A stretch of 64,000 nt of DNA. It comes from Eledone cirrhosa (Eukaryota). The stretch spans positions 291,462,001-291,526,000 of the forward strand of contig OZ024742.1 in assembly GCA_964016885.1 (NCBI GenBank), in the 5' to 3' direction. The translations under genes were made by a program, and so were the position numbers. Shown here piece after piece: positions 37,727-53,665 of this stretch (the stretch's first letter is position 1; every line of letters starts with the position of its first letter). The notes beneath the pieces were generated by a model, which was not told the origin of the DNA, did no database searches, and worked only from the letters and a program-made list of their open reading frames with translations.

Positions 37727-38335
37727 TCATCACTATTTAACATCAATTTTTCCATGCTAGCATGATTTAGACGAGTTGTCCTGTTGAGAGACAAGTCAGA
37801 TTGAATCACTGTGTTTTGCTCACACAAAACTGTTTCTGCTTTGGTTTCTATAGCTGGGTGCCTTTCCTAATGCCAACCACATTTACAGTGTGAACTGAGT
37901 GCTTTTTATTGTGGCACCAAAATTACCACTTTACAGTGTGAACTGGGTGCTTTTTACTGTCACCATCACAACCAATTTACAAGTTGGACTGGGTGCTTTT
38001 GTCGTGACTCTATTATGACAACTTTACAGGGTGGACTGGGCACTTTTGTCATGTCACCAACATGACCAGCTTACAGGACAGGCTGGGTGCTCTTTGTCAT
38101 GATATCAACCTGCCCATTCCACAGGGCAGACTGGGTGCCTTCTGTCATACTACCAACACATTCACTTTACAGGTTTGGCTGGGTGCCTCCTGTCATGTCA
38201 CCAGACAGGGTGGACTCGATGCTTATTTGTCATGTCACCAGTATGACCACCTTGCACTTTTGTCATGGCACCAATGTGAGCACCTTACATGGTGGACTAG
38301 AGGCTTTTGTTGTATCACTAGCATGACAACCTTAC
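37727..38335 (-). mobile_element. RTE-tailed non-autonomous element with ~10 tandem ~44-bp units
   Basis: RTE tail stem-loop and GGxTGCCTTTCCTAA module, then repeated TTACAG.GTGGACTGGGTGCTTTT..CATGTCACCA units. Confidence 0.75.
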
Positions 38336-41300
38336 TGAGTGCACTGAGAGCCAGCACAAACATTGAAGCAGTTCTGAAAAAATAGACATTTCTCCATTAT
38401 ACAACCAGGAACGAAAAAAAAAAAAAAAAAAAAATGGGTTTATCAGTTCTTCAGTGGAAATGTCAAAAAAAAAAAAAAATTCTAGAATTTTATCAAATTG
38501 TCCAGAGTTGTTTGTGTTTATATTTTGAGGTTCCCTACTGCTATTTTGGGAAAACCTTTTAATTTCTTCTGTTAGCAGCTACTATTGTTCTACCAATATA
38601 TCTTCTGGAGTTGGTTTTTCATCCACTCTTTGTATTGTCAGTGCTTTATTCTCTTTCAGAAGTGTGCTGCTGCTAAACTGAAAACAGTTATGTTAAGGCT
38701 GTGCTCTGATCATCTCCACCACTTAGTCTGTGCTACTTAGATTTAAAGGGGAAATCCCATAATACATTGTAATTTTAGTCTAAAGGCTAAACAACCATTC
38801 ATAGTGACTCCAACAACAACACGAGACTGATTGTTTCTAATAGAATGTTGTTTCACTCTCAGATAAATCTTGCTATTTACATTTTTCAGTGATTTCAATA
38901 CCTATACAGGATGCAGCATAGACAAATAGTTAAGGTCTGAAATTCATTCCTACAGTATGACATCTGTGGCTAGTGTCATTTACTATAGCTTTGTGAGTGA
39001 AACAGGGTAGACAAACACTTTGGTTGGACTATACCTGAAATTTAAAGGAGTCAACCTTGTAAAATGTTCAGCCACTTACATTAACAAAGATAGGCTGTAG
39101 CTGTAATACAAAGGACCAGTCTTGCCACACACTGTGTCATGCTGATTCTGCCACTATATTACATCAAGGGTACATGTTTCTGTGGAATACTCAATAACTT
39201 TCATTGTTAGGATGACTGAAGCTCTGAGTAAGTACTGATTTGGTATATAACAACTAATCAAACCATTGCTAGCATGGAAAAAAACGTACTAAATGATCAT
39301 ATAGCTCACACCTACATAGGTTTAGCTGGCTTTCTATGGGGTATTTCATATGACGTTTCTTGGGTATTTTGAGGATAAGGGCCCCAATTCTATCATACAC
39401 ATGCAAGCACATGTTTTTATTGTTACAGCTCACACCTATGTAGTTTTAGCTGGCCTTACTAGGCTGCTTTTCACAGAAGGCTTCTCGGATGTTTTTATAA
39501 AGGTTTTATTAAAGGCCTTACTCCTATCATGGAAAGACTTAGCCTAGGCCAGATGCCAGTCCATTGCTGGGGCTAACCCCCAGTTGCTGCTGCAGGTACC
39601 AATTTTCTGTTGTTTTTTGGTAGAGTGGACAAATGTGAATGAATGAATGAAGATAGTCTGCCAAGGATAATAAACAAAGAATGGAAGATGTTCATATTTA
39701 GTGAGGAAATGACAATAAAATGTGATACGACAACAATTTGTGATAAGATCAATTCCAACATAAATGTTTCCTAATGCTCGAAGTTCCGAGGATTTCATGA
39801 TTTTCGCTTTGATTTGTGAATCAATGAAAATTCTTCAGCAATGAATAATGGAAGCAGTGAAGAATGAAAAAAAATATGGAAACTATTCATAAGATTCTCT
39901 AAATCCAATGTAATGAAGATATTATGGTGCTATGGAGATAGATAAAATAATGGACAACTTTAATGTAATAAAAGCTCTCTCAATTATATATGAAACTTGT
40001 CTCCACTTAAGATTCTGGAGATAGCTGAATGTAACAAACAGGAAAATAAATATACCAACCACAAGCTGACAAAAGAAATGAAATTTCTGATACCTCCTCC
40101 CGACATCTTCCACCATTCTTCTCATTGTTAATCATATCTTCATATCCCCCATCACTCGTCCATCATACTTGTCATTAATAATATTTCAATGCTGTCCCCA
40201 ACCTCCCAACACCATACCACTATCCTTCAATGCTGTTACCATCATCATCACACCCTTCTTACCTTATAATATAAGTAGTCACAGATATGGTGACTTACTA
40301 CTTCTACATTCTTTACTCATAGTTTAAGTGTCTTTGTTCATTGATTCATTTCATTCAGGGAATGATACACATACAGGTAATAGTATAGCTGAATGGTTAA
40401 AAAGTTCATTTAGCAATCACAAGGTTTTAGATTCAATCCCACTGCTTGGCATCTTGGGAAGTGTTTTTATCATAGCTTCAGTTTAACCCATGCCTTGTGA
40501 ATGAAATTATGTCAACAGAAACTGTGTTGAAGCCTGTTAGACTGACTTTACATGAAATTCAAAAGGCCAACCTTGTCACACACTGTATCATGCTGGATCT
40601 TCCTGAAAATTATGTTAAAGGTACGTCTGTGGAATACTCAGCCACATACACTGTAATACAGGGTGGACTATACCTATAATTCATAGGGCCAGTCTAGTTA
40701 TACTGAATCTCCCTGAAAACTATACTGAGGGCACACATATCTGCAAAATACTCCGCCACATGCATGCTAATTTCATAAGTAAGCTGTCCCATTGATTAAA
40801 CAACTCATTGTCAAAACCTACATTAAAAGTAAAATTTGAAACAATTTAAGACCAAGGGTCACATGTCTGTGTGTGTGTGTGTATTCAGTTTATAATAGGT
40901 ACACCATATCCCTGTATGGTGTAAAAGGTGACTAAATGGGTTGGTGCCAAGAAAGGCATCTTGCTATATAACACTGCCTCAAAATGGAACTCATGATGAG
41001 TATGAAATATATTGTGAGACCCACAAGTTTAATCTGAGCTTTAAAACAAAATGTAAATGAAATTTAAAGCTCACACCTATGCAGGTTTAATTGGCCTCCT
41101 ACAAGGTTACATCTCATATGAAGTTTTTTGTGTGTTGGTGACCCCATGTCTAACAACTCCTCAACATCACATGTTTTTTTACACCCAACACCCTAACCAT
41201 GAGGCCACACACCTTCACACCCAATCCACTAGGGCACACACTTTCACACCCAAACCACTAGGCCACACACTTTCACATCCAACATCCTAATCACTATGAC

Positions 41301-42659
41301 ACACTTTCATATCCAACATCATAATCACTTGGTTACACACCTTCCCTAAAATACTTGCAAAGTGATTCCTCACAGAGGTGAAGTAAGCAAATGTGATCTA
41401 AGAATAATGTCATGCTATTAACCAGGTGTTAGAGCTTGTGGCTTTCTTGCAGAGGACATAGGTACCATATTGAAAGCTGAACAAGACAGGACATAGGTAC
41501 CACATAGAAAGCTGAACAAGATAGGACATAGATATAATGGATACCATACTGACAGCATAGGAGGTCAAAACAGGACCTAGTCAGAATATTGACAGTAGGT
41601 TGCAGACAGAACTAGGAAACCATATCGACAAAAAAAAAAAAAAAAAAAAATAGCCAGGACAGGATCTAGATTGACAGTATTGACAGCAGTGTATGACAGG
41701 ACATTGATATATATCAACAGCAGGGAAAACCAAGACCAGCACACTATATGATTAACAGGGTATAGCGGGTATGGTGTGACCTGGATCTGATATTAACAGC
41801 ATGGTATGGTAGGGCATGAACTAGATACCATATTGATAGGGATGTTTGACTATATCTCATCATTCTGGTACTAATAGTGTTTAAATTACATTGCCAGCTT
41901 GGTTTTCTGGTACCAACAATATCTATATATCAACATCTATCACTACTTTTCCTGTTGCTGCTCTGCTACTACTACTACTATTACCACCACCACATCGCTA
42001 TTACACACTACCAGTACCATCATCCCTATTACTCCTCACCATAGTACTCCAGCCCTATACCACTACCTCCACCAGTATCACTACCAATAGTGTCAACAAC
42101 ATTATTATAAATGTAATTCCAATTGGGAGAATGATGAGTAATGAAAATAAGTCATTAAAAACCATTTAGTGAAGATAGAAGAAAACCTAACAACTGTATT
42201 TGACAACAGCAACACCACCAACAGCAGCAACAACACATACAACAACAGCAGCAGCAACAACAGTAGCACCACCGCCACCACCAAAAAAGCAACTGCATCA
42301 ACAACAACAACAACAGCACCACCACAACCACCACCAGTACCAAACAACAACAGAGGCAACTGCACCACCACCAACAACAAGAGAAACTAGTGTGAAAGAT
42401 AATGTCGAGAAATAATCATCTCTAGATACCTTAGAAGTGATCAAACTTTAAACTAATAATGAGTATACAGTACACCTTACTGCCACCTACACCAGCCATC
42501 TCCTAACATCCACTGCAATGGAAGAAGACATCAGCTGATCACTTCTATACATGCTGCTGCATGGAGGTAGCACTGTTACAGTTTTATATATATATACATA
42601 CATGTGTGAGTATTATATATATATATATATATTTGTATAGGTGTGTGTGTATATATATA

Positions 42660-43234
42660 TATAAGAGGAATCAAATGCTGCGTGCAGGAGAGGCGGTTAC
42701 GCTGGTATGGACATGTGATGCGTATGAAGGATGACAGCTGCATAAAAAGGTGCAGAGCACTAGAAGTTGATGGAAACCGCGGAGTGGGGAGACCCAAGAT
42801 GACTTGGGATGAGGTGATAAAAGCCGACCTTACCCAACTACACCTCTCAAAGTCAATGACACACGACCGTGACTTCTGGCGTCACGCAGTAATACAGGGT
42901 ACCCGACCTCCCATGGGTACATGCTGAAGCATATAAACAATATGCCCCCGCCCCCCCCCACCGCAAGGTGGTCGTGGAGGTGCCACGGCAAAAAAGCACC
43001 CAGCCCACACTGTAAAGTGGACGTGTAGGCGCCACGAAAAAGCACCCAGCACTCACTGTAAATGAGGTTGGTGTTAGGAAGGGCATCCAGCTGTAGAAAT
43101 CAAGCCAGATCAGTTCCTGTATGAGCAAGGCATGGTCAGCCGACCAGACACTGCCCACAACAGGACAACCCGTCTAACCCATGCTAGCGTGGAAGAACGG
43201 ACGTAAAACGGTGATGATGATGATGATGATGATG

Positions 43235-43235
<1 letters not shown>
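42660..43235 (+). mobile_element. RTE family B-like 3' end (copy 1)
   Basis: [19 protein letters not shown]...GTC*, structured 3' UTR and (TGA)n tail. Nearly identical to 45207-45772. Confidence 0.9.
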
Positions 43236-43267
<32 letters not shown>

Positions 43268-43485
43268 TATAGACAGAAGACTTGCTTAACACACAAGCTG
43301 AACCTCTTTGCATCGGGATTTTACATATCTGTACACCGACACTGCATCTTACCATGCATTGAGTATTCTCCCATGATTAGTGAACTCCCTACTCTCAGCA
43401 CCACAGACTCTCTCTCTCATATATATTTTAACCCACCGAAATTGCCCACCTGCATTGGTGAGGCTTCAAAAACGACCTAAAGAAA

Positions 43486-44871
<1,386 letters not shown>

Positions 44872-44931
44872 AAAAGCCTTCCCTAGTGAGGAATGTACAT
44901 CCCAACATAGCTTAGTTGTCAGCGACCTCAC

Positions 44932-45772
44932 GGTCAGAAAGTACAATAACTAGGGTAAGAACGGGATGGAAGAAGTTTAGGGAACTACTACCACTGCTAG
45001 CTGCAAAAGGCTTCTCCCTCAGAATGAAAGGCAGACTGTATGATGCGTGTATCCGAACAGCGATGTTGCATGGTAGTGAGACCTGGGCGCTGAAGGTGGA
45101 AGACTTACGTAGATTAGAGAGAAACGAAGCCTTCATGCTCCGATGGATGTGTAACAGTAATATACGTGAACGACAAAGCATAAAGGAATTGAGAGAGAGA
45201 CTGAGCATAAGAGGAATCAAATGCTGCGTGCAGGAGAGGCGGTTACGCTGGTATGGACATGTGATGCGTATGAAGGATGACAGCTGCATAAAAAGGTGCA
45301 GAGCTCTAGAAGTTGATGGAAACCGCGGAGTGGGGAGACCCAAGATGACTTGGGATGAGGTGATAAAAGCCGACCTTACCCAACTACACCTCTCAAAGTC
45401 AATGACACACGACCGTGACTTCTGGCGTCACGCAGTAATACAGGGTACACGACCTCCCATGGGTACATGCTGAAGCATATAAACAATATGCCCCCCCCCC
45501 ACCGCAAGGTGGCCGTGGAGGTGCCACGGCAAAAAAGCACCCAGCCCACACTGTAAAGTGGACGTGTAGGCGCCACGAAAAAGCACCCACCACTCACTGT
45601 AAATGAGGTTGGTGTTAGGAAGGGCATCCAGCTGTAGAAATCAAGCCAGATCAGTTCCTGTATGAGCAAGGCATGGTCAGCCGACCAGACACTGCCCACA
45701 ACAGGACAACCCGTCTAACCCATGCTAGCGTGGAAGAACGGACGTAAAACGGTGATGATGATGATGATGATA
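44932..45772 (+). mobile_element. RTE family B-like 3' end (copy 2)
   Basis: ORF 44916-45473 ([25 protein letters not shown]), 3' UTR cassette and tail. Confidence 0.92.
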
Positions 45773-45785
45773 TATATATATATAT

Positions 45786-45832
<47 letters not shown>

Positions 45833-45837
45833 TATAT

Positions 45838-46141
45838 GGAGGCACATGGCTTAGTGGTTAGAGCATTGGCCTTGCAATCGAAAGGTTGTGAGTTCAATTC
45901 TCAGACCGGGTGATGTGTTGTGTCCTTGAGCAAGACACTTTATTTCACATTGCTCCAGTTTACTCAGCTGCAAAGTGGTTGTGGAGGTGCCACGGCAAAA
46001 AAGCACGCAGCACTCACTGTAAATGAGTTTGGTGTTAGGAAGGGCATCCAGCTGTAAAAATCAGGCCAAAATCAGTTCCCATCCCACCCTTGCAAGCAGG
46101 GAAAAGTGGACGTAAAAATGAAATGAAATGAATGAATGAAT
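45838..46141 (+). mobile_element. CORE-type tRNA-SINE with RTE tail
   Basis: A box TGGCTTAGTGG, B box GAGTTCAATTC, CORE-like segment, RTE 3' end. Confidence 0.85.
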
Positions 46142-46166
46142 ATATATATATATATATATATATGAT

Positions 46167-48212
46167 ATCATCATCATCATCATCATTTTACGTCCGCTTT
46201 TCCATGCTTGCAAGGGTGGGACGGGTCTTATTCAGCACAGCATCTCTCCACTCGTCACGGTCCCTCGTCATCTCCGCCGTGAGCTTCAATGATCTGAGGT
46301 CTGTTCTCACCACCTCCGCCCATGTTTTGCGTGGTCTACCTCTACCATGTCTTCCTTTAACTGGCATTTCCTGGCACTTCTTCACCCATCGGTCATCCTC
46401 CATGCGCATCACATGTCCATACCACCTCAGTCTCCTCTCCCGTACACTACATTCTATTCCTCTGAGACACAGTTTCTCTCTCAACACATTTATGCTGGGT
46501 CGTTCACGCACATTTACACTGCACATCCAACGGAGCATGCTTGCCTCATTTCTCTCCAGCCGTCGCATATCCTCTGCAGTTGCTGCCCATGTCTCACTAC
46601 CATGCAGCATCGCGCTCCTCACACAGGCATCATACAACCGGCCTTTCGTACGCAGGGAGAAACCCTTCTTCGTCAACAGAGGAAGCAGCTCCCTAAACTT
46701 TTTCCAACCCGTCCTTATTCTAGATACTATGGCCTCGGAATACCCTCCTCCCATGCTAATCTGATCTCCAAGGTACCGGAAGCTATCCACCACTTCTATA
46801 GCGCGCTCTCGCATTTGAAAAATGTGTCTATCAGTGCGACTTCTACTGTCTAATTTCCCTGTACATCTACTGCATACATATTTCTCCCTATCTGTTAGTT
46901 TGCCTGCTATCCCGCTACATCTCTTGTGTACCCAGGACCTGCATTGTGTGCATTTTATAGAATTTATGCCAGTTCCTTTTCTGCATATCGAAAATGGCCA
47001 TTTCCCTGACGGAATCAGGGTTTTGTCCTCTTCTCTACTCATCAACACTTTTGTCTTAGCTAGATTTACTCTCAGTCCTCTTGCTTCCAACTGCTGTTTC
47101 CATAGCCGGAATTTATTCTCTAGCTCCTCTACTGATTCTGCTATAAGAGCCAGATCGTCAGCATAGAGAAGTTCAAATGGACAGCCAGTCTTAAACTCCT
47201 CTGTTATGGCTTGGAGGACTATAATGAACAAGAGCGGGCTGAGGACCGAACCCTGATGTACTCCTACTTGTATCTGGAATTCCTCACTAAACTCCATTCC
47301 TACCCTGACTTTACTGAGAGTACCTCTGTACAAAGTTTGCACTGTCCTCACAAGCCATTCCTCAACACCTAGCTTCCTTAGGGACCACCATAGACAGATC
47401 GGGGTACCCTATCAAAGGCCTTCTCTAGGTCAACAAAGGCTAAGTATAGTGGCTTATTCTTCTCTAAGAATCTCTCTTGCATTTGTCTCACCAAGAAGAG
47501 GCATCTGTTGTACTCTTCCCAGGCACAAAACCAAACTGCATCTCATCTAGTTTGACCCTTTCTCTAATTAGTTGTGCTAAAATCCTTTCTGCCACTTTCA
47601 TAACCTGATCCATCAGTTTTATACCCCTATAATTGCTCCTCTCCAAAGGCATCCCCTTTACCTTTGTAGCAATTTATGAGAATACTGCTGCACAGTCTTT
47701 GGGTATGACACCACCATATATAGCCTGATTGATGATGCGTGCAACCAGTTTAGTGACTACGTCCCCTGATGCCTTCAGCATCTCAGCAACTATTCCCGAT
47801 GGTCCGGCCGCCTTACCATTTTTTATTTCCCTAATCGCCTCTTGGACCCTATATTCGTCAAGCTCAATAGCTGGTCCCTCTGTCGGATCTACCAAGGGTA
47901 ATTTCTCTCTCTCCCATTCGTTCTCCACATTCATCAGTCTCTCATAATGACATTTCCAGGCCTCCTTTTTCTGGTCATTCGTGACACCTAAGTACACCGG
48001 CATCATCCCGGACACATATATATATATATATCTATATATATGATATATATATATATATCTATATATATATGATATATATATATATATATATGATATATAT
48101 ATATATATATATGATATATATATATATATATATGATATATATATATATATATATATATATGATATATATATATAATATATATATATGATATATATATATA
48201 TATATATATATA

Positions 48213-48259
<47 letters not shown>

Positions 48260-48280
48260 ATATATATATATATATATATA

Positions 48281-48325
<45 letters not shown>

Positions 48326-48368
48326 ATATATATATATGATATATATATATATGATATATATATATATG

Positions 48369-48399
<31 letters not shown>

Positions 48400-48537
48400 A
48401 TATATATATTGTCTCACCAAGAAGAGGGCATCTGTTGTACTCTTCCCAGGCACAAAACCAAACTGCATCTCATCTAGTTTGACCCTTTCTCTAATTAGTT
48501 GTGCTAAAATCCTTTCTGCCACTTTCATAACCTGATC
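46167..48537 (-). mobile_element. RTE family A, 5'-truncated, with internal (TA)n array and displaced duplicated segment
   Basis: RT to C-terminus ORF at 46188-47351 (YADD intact). Microsatellite at 48015-48408. 48409-48537 duplicates ~47484-47610. Confidence 0.9.
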
Positions 48538-49002
48538 TATCTTGCCTCACCCCAGAAAGAATTCTATAGACTTCTGACTGAGGAATGCTCTCAGAACTGA
48601 ACAATGGGAAGTTTGACACTTTTTTTTGTTATTTTGTTCCTTTAACACCTTGTCACGTCTACCATTTTATCAATTTTTAAGCTAACTCCAACAATAACAA
48701 CATTTAGAATGAGGAATGTTCTAATGGCTGACCAATGAGAGGAGAAGGGGACCTGTGACACAAACATTCGTTTGTTTGAATTCATATGACTCCAGTCCCC
48801 CAGTGAATTAACAACCCAACAAGGAACTGGGCATATCAGAGTATTGACAATATCATACACCTAAATAACATATGTACTTGTCTATACCATACTAATTCAA
48901 ACTGCCTGAAGAGGTCACAGCCAAAGATGGCTGTCACTGAAATATATATAGCAGTAATAAACGAAGCTAAATTTTAATCATTTGACTTTTATTTAACTTT
49001 AT

Positions 49003-49998
49003 TTTATATATGATATATATATATATATATGATATATATATATATATATGATATATATATAATATATATATATATTATATATATAAATATGATATATATA
49101 TGTATATATGATAAATATATGTATATATGATAAATATATATGTATATATGATATATATATATGTATATATGATATATATATATGTATATATGATATATAT
49201 ATATGTATATATGATATATTATATATGTATATATGATATATATATATGTATATATGATATATATATATGTATATATGATATATATATGTATATATGATAT
49301 ATATATATATATATATATGATATATATATGTATATATGATATATATATATATATATATATGATATATATATGTATATATGATATATATATATGATATATA
49401 TATATATATGATATATATATATATATATATATATGATATATATATGATATATATATATATGATATATATATGATATATATATATATATATGATATATATA
49501 TATATATATGATATATATATGATATATATATATATATATATCATATATATATATATATATCATATATATATATATATATCATATATATGATATATATATG
49601 TATATGTGATATATATATATATGATATATATATATGATATATATATTATATGATATATATATATATATGATATATATATATGATATATATATATATATAT
49701 GATATATATATATATATATGATATATATATATATATGATATATATATATATATGATATATATATATATATGATATATATATATATATGATATATATATAT
49801 ATATGATATATATATATATATGATATATATATATATATGATATATATGTATATATGATATATATATATATATATGATATATATATATATATATGATATAT
49901 ATATATATATAATGATATATATATATATATATGATATATATATATATATATATGATATATATATGTATATATATATGATATAAATATATATATATATG

Positions 49999-50037
<39 letters not shown>

Positions 50038-50335
50038 ATATATATATATATCTATATATATATATATATCATATATATATATATATATATCATATATATA
50101 TGATATATATATATGATATATATATATCATATATATATGATATATATATATCATATATATATCATATATATATATATATATGATATATATATCATATATC
50201 ATATATATGATATATCATATATATGATATATATATATCATATATCATATATATGATATATATATATCATATATCATATCATATATATATATATATATATA
50301 TATCATATATCATATATATGATATATATATATCAT

Positions 50336-50372
<37 letters not shown>

Positions 50373-50737
50373 TATATATCATATATATATATATATATAT
50401 ATCATATATATATCATATATATATATATATATATATCATATATATATATCATATATATATATCATATATATATATATCATACATATATATCATATATATA
50501 TATCATATATGTATATCATATATATATAAATATATATATCATACATATATATCATATATGTATATCATATACATATATATATATAAATATATATATCATA
50601 TATATATCATATATATCATATATATATATATATATATATCATATATGTATATCATATATATATATAAATATAAATATCATATATATCATATATATATATC
50701 ATATATATATAATCATATATATATATCATATATATAT

Positions 50738-50768
<31 letters not shown>

Positions 50769-51716
50769 CATATATATATATATATATCATATATATATAT
50801 ATATATATATCATATATATATCATATATATATATCATATATGTATCTATATATATCATATATATATCTATATATATCATATATATATCATATATATATCT
50901 ATATATATATATATATCTATATATATCTATATATATCTATATATCATATATCATATATATCTATATATATCATATATATATCTATATATATCATATATAT
51001 ATCTATATATATCATATATATATCTATATATATATCTATATATATCATATATATATCTATATATATATCATATATATATATCATATATATATCATATATA
51101 TATATCTATATATATATCATATATATATATCATATATATATAATATATATATATATCATATATATATATCATATATATATATATCATACATATATATCAT
51201 ACATATATATCATATATGTATATCATATATATATAAATATATATATCATACATATATATCATATATGTATATCATATATATATATAAATATATATATCAT
51301 ACATATATATCATATATGTATATCATATATATATATAAATATATATATCATATATATATATAAATATATATATCATATATATATATAAAATATATATATA
51401 AATATATATACCATATATATATCATATATATCATATATATATATAAATATATATATCATATATATATATCAATATATATATCATATATATATCATATATA
51501 TATATATCATATATATATCATATATATATATATCATATATATATATCATATATATATATATATCATATATATATATCATATATATTTATATATATCATAT
51601 ATATATATATCATAATATATATATATATATCATATATATATATATATCATATATAAATATCATATATATATATATATATATCATATATATATATATATAT
51701 ATCATATATATATATC

Positions 51717-51752
<36 letters not shown>

Positions 51753-51811
51753 CATATATGTATATCATATATATATATCATATATGTATATCAATATATA
51801 TTATATATATC

Positions 51812-51849
<38 letters not shown>

Positions 51850-51863
51850 CATATATGTATATC

Positions 51864-51901
<38 letters not shown>

Positions 51902-52587
51902 CATATATGTATATCATATATATATATCATATATGTATATCATATATATATATCATATATATATATATATATATGATATACATATCTTATATATATATAT
52001 ATATATGATATATATATATATATGATATACATATCATATATATATATATATCAGATATGTATATCATATATATATATATATATATCATATATATATATAT
52101 CATATATATATATATCATATATATATATATATCATATATAGATATCATATATAGATATCACATATATATATATCATATATATATCATATATATATATATC
52201 ATATATATATCATATATATATATCATATATATATATATATATATCATATATATATATATATATATATCATATATATATATATATATATCATATATAGATA
52301 TCATATAAATATATATATATATATATATCATATATATATATATCATATATATATATATCATATATATATATCATATATATATATATATATCATATATATA
52401 TATATATCATATATATATATATTATATATATATATATATCATATATATATATATCATATATATATATACATATTATATATATACATATCATATATATATA
52501 TATCATATATATATATATATATAATCATATATATATATATATAATCATATATATATATATATATATCATATATATATATATATATAT

Positions 52588-52626
<39 letters not shown>

Positions 52627-53378
52627 TATATATATCATATATATATATATCATATATATATCTATATATATCATATATATATCTATATATATATCTATAT
52701 ATATCATATATATATATCTATATATATATATATATATATATCATATATATATCTATATATATCATATATCATATATATATCTATATATATCATATATATA
52801 TCTATATATATATATCATATATATATATCATATATATATATCATACATATATATCATATATATATACCATATATATATATCATACATATACATCTTATAT
52901 ATATATCATACATATATATCATATATATATACCATATATATATATCATACATATACATCATATATATATATCATATATGTATATCATATATATATAAATA
53001 TATATATCATACATATATATCATATATGTATATCATATATATATAAATATATATATCATATATATATATAAATATATATATCATACATATATATAAATAT
53101 ATATATCATATATATATATAAATATATTATCATATATATATCATATATATCATATATATATATAAATATATATATCATATATATATATAAATATATATAT
53201 CATATATATATATCATATATATATATATATATATCATATATATATATATATTATATATATATTAATATCGATATTATGTATATCATATATATATATATAT
53301 CATATATGTATATCATATATATATATATATCATATATATATATCATATATATATATATATCATATATATATATATATC

Positions 53379-53418
<40 letters not shown>

Positions 53419-53465
53419 TATATTATATCATATATATATATCATATATATATATATATATATATC
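49003..53465. repeat. Compound (TA)n-TCA/TGA microsatellite, ~4.5 kb, running into the assembly gap
   Basis: Continuous low-complexity array with orientation switches. Confidence 0.95.
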
Positions 53466-53665
53466 NNNNNNNNNNNNNNNNNNNNNNNNNNNNNNNNNNN
53501 NNNNNNNNNNNNNNNNNNNNNNNNNNNNNNNNNNNNNNNNNNNNNNNNNNNNNNNNNNNNNNNNNNNNNNNNNNNNNNNNNNNNNNNNNNNNNNNNNNNN
53601 NNNNNNNNNNNNNNNNNNNNNNNNNNNNNNNNNNNNNNNNNNNNNNNNNNNNNNNNNNNNNNNNN
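53466..53665. other. Assembly gap (200 N)
   Basis: Run of N. Confidence 1.

Noticed and set aside
41891-42415. Thr/Asn/Gln-rich ORFs as a mucin-like or polyQ exon (also 5743-6000, 37089-37289)
   Set aside because: Degenerate CAA/CAC trinucleotide tracts with no splice or domain support.
42973-43000. Pistol or twister ribozyme (CGTGG/CCACG stem with loop pseudoknot resembles pistol P1)
   Set aside because: Pistol P2/P3 and catalytic residues are absent, and no twister core is visible. Kept only as an unassigned pseudoknot.
45838-45910. tRNA-Cys gene (TTGCAAT loop; also 60272)
   Set aside because: It is the tRNA-derived head of a SINE: the acceptor stem is not closed and the SINE body follows.
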